DNA of 64,000 nt, taken from Lama glama. Lineage: Eukaryota. Location of the stretch: positions 50,904,001-50,968,000 of the forward strand of contig CM052816.1 in the NCBI GenBank assembly GCA_028534125.1, in the 5' to 3' direction. This document shows positions 1 through 11,326 of the stretch, in pieces. The notes under the pieces were generated by a model. It was not told the origin of the DNA, did not search any database, and saw only the letters and a program-made list of their open reading frames with translations. Each line of letters begins with the position of its first letter. Within the stretch, counting starts at the first letter, position 1. A program made the translations under genes and the position numbers.

Positions 1-89
1 CCCACTCCTTCGGGGAACTAACAGCAAGCACAGGCTCAGCACGATTATGTCAGTATTTCTTCGGGAGACAGCATGAAAGCAATGCCCTC

Positions 90-92
<3 letters not shown>

Positions 93-128
<36 letters not shown>
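93..128. repeat. (AC)n microsatellite
   Basis: Uninterrupted AC dinucleotide run seen directly. Confidence 0.97.
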
Positions 129-130
<2 letters not shown>

Positions 131-1619
131 CCCTACAGACACACACACTAGATTGGGTAAGCCATAGTGGGTGGACTATGACTATTGACCAGATTCCTCT
201 TCCCTCCTACTCTATCTCCACTCTCCAATTAGTGATCAGAGAGAGAGGATGAACAGCTCTGCCAGCATTTCTACTTTCCCACAATAAGACTGTTTTCCAG
301 GGAGAATAGAGTCCTAAAATTCAACAAGAATAGTGCTTGTTGTCTATTGGTAATTAAAAAGACTAAAAATGACACACCCAGAAGTCAACTGTAGAAAGTG
401 GAATTCAACCCTATGAAACTGAAGGGCAGAGTGCATATTCATTCTACATGTGAGCAAGAACTTTAGGAGATGACAAGGTCCCAAGAGTGTGCTCCACACT
501 TTCACTTTGAAGCCAAACTTTTCCATACCTTTTCTTAGCCCAGAGAGAACTACTAGAAGCTTTAGCAAAACCTATTCACTCCAACATGTCATTTTTCACC
601 AGTGACCTAAGAACCCAACAGGTATAACAGCCAGTTGAGAGAAGGATTTCGATTTGGACTGTTTACTTTGAGCCCATGTAAATTCAAATAAATGCCATCA
701 AATTTGGTTAACTAGAAAGTTTGCTTCCAGGAAAGCTCCATCTAGCTCGAGTCGGTAAAATCGTGCATCTCAAAACAGGGTAACAGAGTGTCACCTTTCT
801 GCATTCCAGTTCAGGGCCATTATGGATATTTTCAACATTTCATGGTTACTAGAGTTTTAAGTTAGTGTAAATTCAGTTTTGATGCATGCTACATTTTTAT
901 TCTGTTTTGTCTAAAATAATTCTATCCATTTATTTTCTACCTAACTCCCCTCTTAAATGTCACTACATGCCAACTGATTTATTGAAAGGAACCTTCCAAA
1001 TTAGATTTCTTTTCATTCAGTAGTAGAGTAGCTGTGCTGGGCCTTTCTTATTAGTAAACAAACCAATAATAAAATTTATTAGCAGAATTGGCACAAGAAT
1101 ATCCAACACTACCAGAGTTCATTAAAGGCCCTTGAATTCATCAAATGCAAAAAAGAAAAAAATTATATAGGTCAATGCAGAAGAAAAGCAGTTATATAAA
1201 AACTAATAAAGGCTTGTTTTGTATATTGGGGGAAATCAATTCGAAAAACAAAATTATCCCCAAAATTCACTTTGACAAATGTATTTTTTTATGGATGAAG
1301 AAGGCTTCTTTTAAGTGCTTATAATAATAGGATTCCAGAAAGGAAGAAGGAGATATCAATGTCTGTATGAGGTATTTAGCCTGTGCATGTGTATGTGTGT
1401 ATCTGTGTGTGTGTGTATCCGCTTTTGTCAGTTTGGGCTTATGATATCCTACACAAATATTGTGAAACAGAGGGGTCTTTTTTCTGTGAGAATTTGGCAA
1501 GATGAGATTGAGATGATGCTCCCAGTTCTGGGATTTGGTGAGCTGTGATGGAAAGTCTCCCACTGGAGAAAAGCAGTTCCGTACTGAAATCTCAGTTATA
1601 CCCTACACAAGACACATAT

Positions 1620-1735
1620 CCTCAGCAAGTTAAACGCCCTGAACTTTAGCATTTTCACCTGCAAAACAGAGGTAATACTTGACTGATGGTGTTGTTCCAG
1701 AGATTGAATAAAATACTGCCTTTACAGTGTTTAGA
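1620..1735 (+). mobile_element. MIR SINE fragment
   Basis: Core-like gcaagttaaacgccctgaactttagcattttcacctgcaaaacagaggtaatac...gttgttccagagattgaat. Confidence 0.65.
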
Positions 1736-1812
1736 TGTTTTGAATAAATTACTGCCTTTATCGTGGTTAACAAGTTTTAAATAAATTACAACTATTAACA
1801 ACTATCATTATT

Positions 1813-2240
1813 TTAGAATCTTAGAGTTGGCATAGAGTTCATTTAGTTCTTCTAGTCCAACTTCGACCCAATGCAGGAATTACTCACATAAAAATTTCCT
1901 AGCGGACAACCCTACAACCTCTGGTGGAGGAGATAGCTGTGTCTCACATGTAGTCATTCCATTTATATAACTATTTCCCTTATAAGAAATTCCCAAATCA
2001 CCTCCCTGTAACTCATATCTACAGCCCTATTTCAATCCTCTTAACATTAAATAGTACATTTAACCCCTCCTTTTAATAGTAGATCTTAAAATACTTGAAG
2101 AGTATCAAATTGAACAAATTATTAGAACATATACTCTTTCCAAGAAAAAGCATTTTCTAACCAAAACTAAGTATTTTTATGCCATTGTTTCAAGGTCTTT
2201 GGATATTTTGGTTGGTATTCCTTAGATGTATTCCAGTTAA
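1813..2240 (-). mobile_element. L3/CR1 LINE 3' fragment
   Basis: ttagaatcttagagttgg...tctagtccaac...gcaggaat...cctccctgtaact...aaatacttgaaga resembles the antisense CR1/L3 3' end (recalled consensus). Confidence 0.6.
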
Positions 2241-2479
2241 TAAAACTATTTTATTTTTGTAATTTCATTATTTTCCTGCAATAGAAGAGTTAAAGTACAT
2301 ATTTCCTTTAGATTGCATTTAAAAAATTTAACCTTCATAATCAATTTAACAGAGTCTAGTGTTGTCCACTTTGAAAAATCACATATAAAGTTTTACTCTA
2401 ATTACCTCCCTCCTAAATTACATGTTTTTGATTATCTCTATTTTAGTTTTATATTTTTAAGTCCACATAGTAGGCATTA

Positions 2480-3600
2480 TTATTTTAGATGGTCAATGTC
2501 TGATAGAGTTTTCTATTTTCACTATTCATTTTGCATGTCAAACACTCCTATGATATTTCCTCATTTCTGAAGTATCTTCATCAGAAATGCCTTTACTGAG
2601 ATTCTATTAAAAATCAGTTTTTGTTTTTCTGAATGTGTTCTTAAAAAGGTAAACAGCTGAGTTATCGATTAAAAGTTAACAACCATTTTCTCAGTACTGT
2701 GAAGAGGTATTCCACCACCCTCTGCCTTCCATTGTTAACACTTGAAATGAGTGCTGTCAGCCTATTTAGATCATTTGTTAAAATCTCTTGTCTCTGACAT
2801 TTTATAGTTTGACTTTGGTATGTGTGAATTTCTCTTTATATTTCCTGTTTGAGATTTGGGGGGATTGCTAAAGCTAATAATTGATAGTTTTTTTTCATCA
2901 ATCCTGGAAAATTATTAGCCATTATATTTTCCACACATTTAATATTCCTCACTTTATCTAATAGGTCTTTCTGATACTCCAAATAGATATATATTAAATA
3001 TTTTGATTTTCCTCTTTTAACCTTTCTTTCAAATCTTTGATCACTTTCCCAGAAAGTAACAGAAAGACAGCTCTATCTTGCAGTTTACTAATTTCTCTAC
3101 TTATATTTTATACCTAATCTTCTGTTTATACTACCAATTGAGTTTTTAACTTCAATTTTTTAGTTTCTAAGTGTTCCATTTCTTTTTCTTATTCTTTCTT
3201 TGCATTTTACATTCCATCATTCATTTCTTTAAACATGGTACATAAGCTCCCAGAATATGAAAAAAAAATGTAGTATAACATAGTTGTTAGGAGCTGGACT
3301 CTGAAGTTAGGCTGTCCAGGTTCAAAAATCAACCCTACACTGATGCTTTATGGGTCTGGTTCTGCTGTTTTGTTATTTCTGCTTATTCTTCCTTATAGTA
3401 CCTCATTTGTAATTTCTGATTGTGATTATTCTTTGGGAATTTATCTATGGCAGTGCTCTATAAAGTTTGAGTAAAGAGTCAGTTCCTCCAGAGGAAATGT
3501 TCATTTCCTTCTGATTGGTGCCTGGTGGTGTTACCAACTTGTGGTTATGTTAAAATACTTCCTCAGATTGGAGTTTCTGATCACAGATTATTTGGCTTTG
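2480..3600 (-). mobile_element. Old L1/HAL1 ORF1-region fragment, interrupted by a MIR head at ~3270-3335
   Basis: T-rich antisense ORF1-type motifs (ttttctcagtactgtgaagaggtattccac, ttcatcaatcctggaaaattattagccattat). Confidence 0.6.
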
Positions 3601-3709
3601 AACCTCAAACTCAGGTAAGGTAAGCTATTAGCCATGAATCAGAGATAATATTTTCCCTACTGCCCAGGTTGTCTTGGCATCTCCCTTTGTGAAACAGAAC
3701 TTTAAGTTT

Positions 3710-3770
3710 ATTCATTCAGTAAGGGTATAGTCTATTGCATTCATTCAGTAAGGGTATAGTCTATTGCATT
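3710..3770. repeat. Perfect 29-bp tandem duplication
   Basis: attcattcagtaagggtatagtctattgc occurs at 3710-3738 and 3739-3767. Confidence 0.95.
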
Positions 3771-4035
3771 ATAGTCTATGAAAGACATTTTAAATTTTAA
3801 TTGTAATATTCAGTGTATCAGCTATTTGTACCAAATTTGCAAGTTTATTAATGTCTTTCTCCAAAGTGTAGGCAAAAATGTTTACACTTCTCTTTTGTTC
3901 TAGTTAAGGCCAATATTACTACCTGTCCACTATACCCCAAAGTTATCCATTCTATAAACCACATTAGTAATTTTCTTTTCTATTGCACCATTCCCAGAAA
4001 GATCAACAGGCCATAATTTGGGGCATCAGTAAAGC

Positions 4036-4071
4036 GAAACGAAACAAAACAAAACAAAACAAAACAAAAAC
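4036..4071. repeat. (AAAAC)n microsatellite
   Basis: gaaac gaaac aaaac aaaac... seen directly. Confidence 0.9.
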
Positions 4072-4074
4072 CTC

Positions 4075-4392
4075 TTATGACCTCATAACTCTCTCCTTTC
4101 CTTTATAACAAAAGTTTGTGAGAATGTTGTTCATGTCGGCAGTTCACAATGTATTTGCTCCCATTCTTTCTTAAATCTATTTCAGTAAAGTTCTTCCCTC
4201 ACCACTCCATTGAGCCTGTTTTTATGACAGTCATCAATAACTTCCACCTTGCTAATGTTTTTGTTTTTATTGACCTATCAACTAAAGTTTATCACTTATC
4301 CTTGGATAGCACTGTGGCCTGGTTCTCTATACCTCTCTGACTTTTCCTGTTTGGTCTTCTTTGCTGGTTCTCTTGCATCTCCCAGACCTCTA
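4075..4392 (+). mobile_element. L2 LINE ORF2 fragment
   Basis: ccctcaccactccattgagcctg...tcatcaataacttccaccttgctaa...gacctatca...cctggttctctatacctctctgac are typical L2 RT-region motifs. Confidence 0.75.
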
Positions 4393-4599
4393 GTGCCAGA
4401 CTTTGTAAGCTAGGGATTTTGGTAGTGATCCTTGATCAAACTATAAGTCAGATTAATGTTATTACTTCTACTACTAGCTAAAGATACTATATAGATATCA
4501 AAGTTTTTCATGCTTTATCCATGTGCTTTTCAGAGAAATCCAGGAAAAGGTATTATCAACCCAATTAACAAATTTTAGCAGATGATTTTGGAGCCCTTT

Positions 4600-4890
4600 T
4601 GTAAGCATATGGTTATCAATTTATCAAGAACAAGTTTTCCAGGCAAATCTGATCTCCTATACAGCTAGGAGTGTTTGATGTGTAGATCAGAGGAAGACCA
4701 CAAACATAATTAATTGTGCTTTCATCAAGTCTTCAGACACTGTCATTCCTGACTTTTTTTGGAGAAGAAACAATAAAATGTCTAGGAAGTTGAAAAATAA
4801 AATGCAATGAATACTGATGAATAGATCCAAATGAAAAACAGGAGGGCCTCAGTACCATTTCGTAGTTATGTCCTTGCTTCCAATTGCTTT
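4600..4890 (+). mobile_element. L3/CR1 RT-region fragment
   Basis: tttatcaagaacaagtt...caaatctgatctcct...gtagatcagaggaa...tttcatcaagtcttcagacactgtc is a decayed version of CR1 RT motifs (KSC.TNLISF / DFSKAFDTV). Confidence 0.6.
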
Positions 4891-4952
4891 ATTCATTCAG
4901 TAATTGATTAGTTAAATAGCCTACTTTCAGCACTGTTTTATGAGCTGGAGAT

Positions 4953-5001
4953 AAATATATATATATATATTTGTGTGTGTGTGTGTATGTGTGTGTGTCT
5001 G

Positions 5002-5047
<46 letters not shown>

Positions 5048-5145
5048 ACATAAATAAATTCCTGGCTTTATGAAGCTTACATTATAGTGGAAGTAAAAAG
5101 GAAATAAAAGCATGGAAGGGTAATAAGTGTGTGTGTGTGTGTGTG
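4953..5145. repeat. Compound (TA)n(TG)n microsatellites within an antisense L2 3' end (~4890-5100)
   Basis: TA/TG runs at 4955-5046 and 5127-5145; flanks ttattcattc...gagctggagata and cctggctttatgaagcttacattatagtgg are L2-like. Confidence 0.85.
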
Positions 5146-7389
5146 AATAATTATAGATAGAGTGGCCAGCATAGGACTTAGTGTTACAACACACACAAGT
5201 AAAGAATTGAAGAGGGGCAGGGAGGAAGTCTAGTACTGCTTTACTCACCACTGCACCATACCACTTAACATAATGGTTAGCACAACCTGGTACTGAGTAA
5301 TTTTAAGTAAATCAACAAATAAATAAAGTTTGATTATCTACAAAGGCCTTCATCCCACTAACCATATCAGTCTTAAGCATTTCCTATAGAACAAAGTCAT
5401 CTGGCTTTGATTTTTCACTTGTACTTTCTGATGACTTAAAAGAGTCACAGAGTGAGGAAAGCAATAATTCTCTGGCCACCACAGCTGCTATGGGAGTGTC
5501 ACCTGTTGTTGTTTCCCTTTGACTCAAAGACGGTTTGAAAAAGGTCCCTGTATACTTTGTTAAGAGCATGTGTTAGCTGGGGGTGAAGGGTATGCTATAC
5601 CAGGGAATATGATTCAGTTTAGTGCTTGTATCCCTTTTGAGAGTCTGTAGTTATAGTCTGGAGTGATTTGAGGTGGAGTCAGCCCTGAGGGGTTTTTCAG
5701 AAGAAGTAGGGGAGGGGAGGATGAGAGAGGTCCTGTTGACTCTACTCATAAAATGGAATCAAGCCAATAAAGTCTTCTGAAAGATGGTAAATATCTCCCA
5801 ACAACTTTCAGAATGTCTGTTAATACTGATAAGCTTTTTCCTCGAGGGTTTCGCTAAAAACTCTCAAGCTCATGTTTTTTTAAAAACAGCCTGAGTTTCC
5901 CAAGGAACTGCCATGTCACTGATGTTCTTTGTCTCACTGCTGGCTTGCTGGCAGTACACTTAGCAGGCCCTCTCTTTCTCTTTTGGGTTGTCTGAAATGG
6001 TGAAAAAATGGAAAATATCAAGAAAGCTGTTACAACTACCTCTATAACAGCAGCAGCCTTTAAGGAATTATCTTCCATTTCTTGTAATTAAATGGCTTGT
6101 GATTGTTTTTTAAAATGCATTTACATCAATCTAACCTGCCATAGCAAATCCATCAGTTAAATTTTCCTAAAGACTGACTAAGGATGAAAGTCAGCAATCT
6201 CCAAACAGGATGAAAGTGATTGGGTAGTTTTCCAGAGCTTTTACCCTGACGAGCAGAGATTAAGTTGATCCTGAACCAGAGAGGAGATGAATCACATGGG
6301 TCCTAAATATCCATCTACAGGGCACTGTTCTTGCTTTTTGACCTATGTCAGATAATGAAAGACCATAAATACACCTACATTCTTTAATGTTACATTCTTA
6401 CATTCTTTAACATACCTATATTCTAATGATAAATATCCCTTGCAATATTTCATTTCTCACTTTTCTATACCAGTTCTTCAAGAATGAAGTGTAAAACAAA
6501 TGGAAACAGCAGGGTGTGGTCTTTTGCCCAAGACAGTCATTAGTCTAAAAATGAGTTTTTCGTGAACACCACCCTTGCCTTTCCCCTTTAGTCTGGAGAT
6601 TCACATTTCCTTCGGTAAAATGTAGTCCATACGTAATATAGTGCTCATCTAATTGTGGTAAAGCATGTTAAGCTCTCAGAGAAATGCAGGATTTTGAAAA
6701 CAAAATATTCAAAACTACACATACTTTTAAGTTCAGGTATACTAAACTAGAATTGGTACTCATTAGAACAAGGTCTGGAATGAAGTTTAGTTTTTTATAA
6801 TGTCCATTTCTAGATAATTTATATATACTCTAGAAGCACCATTTATGAATATAAAAGTTAATATACTAAGTAGTCATCATCGTAGGTCTCCATTAGATAA
6901 ATGTATTTTTGGTCTAGCTACATTTATGCACTTGAAATCAAGGAATGTACTTTTTTGTTCTACAAATTGTTTCTTTTTACTAACTTGTATCTCTCTCTCA
7001 AATAAGAGGTTTTGGTTTAATATTAATATTAATCTCCTCTACACACTTACACAATTCCTCCATGTAGTCAGAGGTATATTACTAATTTCTATAGAGAGAA
7101 GTCAAACAGCCTACACAATGTTAAGAATATTACCAAAATTTGGGTAAAGTTATTTCCATTTCACAAGCTAGATGAAGTTAAACATTTCAAAACCTACCAG
7201 AACACGGGGGTATTTACTGCCTTTTAATTTGATTTTCTAATTATAATTTTAATGTATTTTTTTTCCTGGAAAATTAAACTCTGCTTTTTTACCAAAGAAA
7301 ATGGGGGAGGGGAGGATGTGGGGAGCAAAGTTTTTAGAGATAACTTGCCAGACAAGGTCTTCACTCCTCAAGTAAGTCTACCTGAATTC

Positions 7390-7508
7390 TTCCAGCTCTG
7401 CCTTAACTACCTTTGTGATCCTGGCCAACACATTTGTTCATCAGATTCTAATCTATAAAATGAGAGGGTTCATTTAAGTACTATTTAAGGTTACCTTCAG
7501 CTTCAACA
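7390..7508 (+). mobile_element. MIR3-like SINE fragment
   Basis: tccagctctgcc...tgtgatcctggcc...atctataaaatgagaggg...aaggttaccttcagctt. Confidence 0.65.
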
Positions 7509-10500
7509 GAAGCTAAATTCTTGCATGTTGTTCTTTAAAGAGTTGACATTCAAAGAATTGCAGGAACTGAACAAGCCAGCTTTCTGATTCTACTTTATCC
7601 CAGACATGCCACGGTTCTTAATCACTGCTGTGTGATGGCTTTGTCTGAGGGAAAAGTTCTGTTTAGAGTTCTCCAGGGGCAGCCTCATGGAAGCCAATGC
7701 TGAACCCAGCACCCAGAGTGGTCACTTGGCCCAAGGATAGGAATCTAGATGCTGGCCATGGCCTACTGTAATTAACTGAGCATGACTGAAAAAGAGCCTC
7801 TAAATGCCTGGAAATCTAGAATGAGAATGAGAAAATAAGTCAATTATTCATAAAATTTGGAGATATATAATCATTATAGCAGAAAATCTGGAGAGGCCAT
7901 GGTAGACTATGAGAGCTTAAGAAATTTAGAACAATTTTCTCCAAAGATCAGGGAGGCTTGCTCCTCCTTACTTGTACCACATTAGACTTTTTGTTATTAG
8001 CTAATAATTAATAGTTTGGAACCCTTTGAGACAGACTTCATTTAGAAGATCTCAAAAAGTCCCTTTGGTTTCTACTCAAGGTAACATTAAAAAATGAGTT
8101 ATTAGTCACAAGGCTGTGATTAGTCACAGTCCTCTGTGGTGAGATTTCTCTCCATGACCATCTCAGAAATGTGAATACAGACTAGAGACATCCCTGTCTT
8201 AGGAGGGCCAAGCTCAGACATAACTGTCATGGCTTCTCTTTGTTTCGAAAGATCCACCTTCCTCTTTTAGACTCAAGATGATCCACAAACATTTTTTCAG
8301 TTACTACTTCTCCTCTCTCAGTTGAGGCATGAAGAGATGACCCCCCTCACCCAGAAAGAAATTACAAAGTAACAATGCAAAAATTCCCATGACAAGATGT
8401 AAAATCTGTCTTTACCATAAACCCCCATTTTCTGATCACCAATTGGTGATTTTTCTGATAAGATTCTTTAAACCAAAATAACCTAGTTAAAATGACTTTC
8501 AAATCAATCATCTAGGGGCACTTCAATAAGGGAAAATCAGAGAATCATGGAATTAAATGGTCACTGAAGAACTAACTGAACCCCTTGCCTGCAAATGTTC
8601 ACTATATAAAAGAGACAATTGTTGTTCCTATTTTGCAGGCTCTTTGATGAAGTTGTTTCAAAGTGGATGTAAAAACTCTCCAAATCATGTTAATTGAAGG
8701 TGCTCTGGAAAGTGGTCTCATTTCCCCAGATCAGGCTTCCTCCTGCCTCATCTCCAAATGTAGGCTAAATTGACCTCATAGGGGTTCTACTGATCTATTG
8801 CAACTCTGGGCCTTCAGTTCCAATGTAAAGCCATTCCAGTTAACCCTGGGTCCAAGGCAACCTCCAGAATGACCCATCATGGGCAGGATTTCCTTCACTG
8901 CTTCCTTGATTCACTTTGTCAACATTCATTGGTGAAGGGCTTATAGTAATTCAAACATTGCTCTGGGTACAGGACTTAGAAGATTGTAACAAGCTCTGCT
9001 ATTACAGCTCTTACATTCAATTTGGGGAGAGCAAGAGACAAAAAAAACACAAATGAGTGAGTGAGAATATGCAGAGAATAGCTCTTAGGAGAGCTGGGTG
9101 TCTTCTTCAGATTATGATGCTGACCTCTTAAGAGTTCAGGGGCTGGAATGATGAGAAAGACAATCAAGAAAGTTTAATTAATATGTTTTTTTGAAGCCCT
9201 CTGCCTCGGTGCCTATTTCTAGAGTCCTCCCTGAGAGCTCCAGAACAGGTAGGAGCAGCAGGCCTCCCTCTCTGTAGACACCAATCTGTGTATATCACTA
9301 ACAACCCCTGGTCATTTTAGATCCCAGAGGACGGGGACACGAGGGTGAAGGGTTCCTGTCTGGCTGTACACTCTGCACCCTGAAAGCCTGAATCTAGACT
9401 CTTTACAAAGAGGAAGTAAAACAGCACCTTTGTCCACTGGAGATACAGAAGGGACAGAAAACCTCTCCATTTTCTATTTTGTGCCAAACCACCTCAGAAA
9501 AAGTAAGGGACCTAGGGAATGAAAAGTTGTCCCTTCATTTTCTAGGGCAATCATTTTTAATCCCTCATATTAAGAGGCCTACTTTATTATTCCACAACTA
9601 AGTTAATTTCAAAATCTTTTCTCAACAGGGCTCCTAATAAGAAGCAGATGTGGGAACCACCTCAGAACCAGGAGAACCCCTCTCTCCTATCTCTCCCAAC
9701 CTCTGTCTGTTGCAAGCAAGCCAAATTTAAACCAGCAATCATGCATGTTTCCAATCAGCCCTCCAACTTTCTCCCTGTGGAAGTAACTCCTTGGCTTGCA
9801 CAAGGGAAGGAAATGTTTCCTTCAGAAAGCAATGCCAGGACAGGGAGCAGCTTATTCTCACGATATTTAGCATGCTAACCAGCCAGTGCAGTGAGAAAAA
9901 TTGATGTAAGAGCAGCCAGGGAAAGGCCAGAGAGGACCCAAGCCAGCAGAAACAATGGGAAAGCAGAGAAGGACTGGGGAAAACATTTAGAAAGTTTGAG
10001 CACATGAAGCTTGTCTTCCTAGAAGTCCTCCCTGTTGTGGATCCTTAAGGAAATGTGGTCCCTGGTGAGAAGAGCTGTCTCTCCCGCTGTCTCATACATG
10101 CCTGATCATAACAGGAGACAGAAATGATAGCCTGAAATCCACAGAGGGGGTGGGGTCCAGTTTTTGCAGCATGTGGAAGAGGGGACAGTACACTAGTGTA
10201 GCTGAGAAACAACTGCCCTTCATGTGTTTTATGACAACTCTCGCCAGTAAAAAAAAAGTAAATATCTTGCTGCACCATGAAAAATCAGAAGATGCCACGA
10301 CTGCCCGAAGAGGTTTCCATGAATAAAGTGTGTCTGGGGGGAAAGTCAAATTAAAATGCAAGAAATACTCCTTCTTCACCCCACCCTCCTCCAGCCTCAC
10401 TCATTCTTTTCTCGATCCACCCTACTCCCCACCAAACACTTCTCAGCATCCTTAGAAAATGTGTGAACTCAGTTGTGAAAAACTTAGAGCTATTTGAGGC

Positions 10501-11159
10501 TTCTGGACAGTTTGTGAAAGAAGTAGACTACATGGGAATATTGTTGTTGACATTGGCTTTTGTTTGGAGTTTTCAAATACACATGCAAGGAAAGGTTATT
10601 TGTGAGAATGTTCGTGGCAGTTTCACTGTGTGCATAGTCTTCATCAAAAGTAATCAGTACTAAGCCAGTCTTCCATTCAAAAGACTTTTCATTGGGAAAA
10701 CCACCAGTTCAGTTATGTGTGCCTGTCACTTTCTGACAGCAGTTCTCAAAGCAGAGCAAAGCAGGGGCATCCATAGAAACAATTCAAACACCAAAAGACT
10801 GGTGGTTAACTCAATAAAACTCTTGAGAACACAGAAAGCTGATCATGTCTAACTGACTGAATATACAGTGAGTAGCTGACAGTTCTGGGAATTAAACTGA
10901 ATATTTATTTTAATCTGTTTAATTTAAAACTGGACCAACATTTTATTGTCCTGTAAGTTTATATCAATTTTTTAAATGGTTGCTTAAGTTACACGCTTGT
11001 TTTTAGATGGCAATTTTCAAACACTTATCACATGTAGCTTTGTCAGATATTTTCAATTTTCTCAAAGCACTGCAGAAAACAGTTTAATTTAATAAACATA
11101 AAAAGTCAACAGACCATCACGCTATGTTTAAAAGAGTCTTCCCAGCAATATGCAACCTG

Positions 11160-11326
11160 CGTTCAATTCTTGCCTCTGCCACCTTCTAGCTCTGTGAGCC
11201 CAGGCAAGTTACTCACTAAGCCTCACTACAACCATCTGTTAAATGAGGTCAAAATAATCCTGAATTCATAGGGTTATTGGGAGCATTAATAAAACAAGGT
11301 AGGTAGAGTATTTAGTAGAGTGCCTG
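11160..11326 (+). mobile_element. MIR SINE
   Basis: gttcaattcttgcctctgccacc...gctctgtgagcccaggcaagttact...atctgttaaatgagg...catagggttattg...agagtgcctg. Confidence 0.8.
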
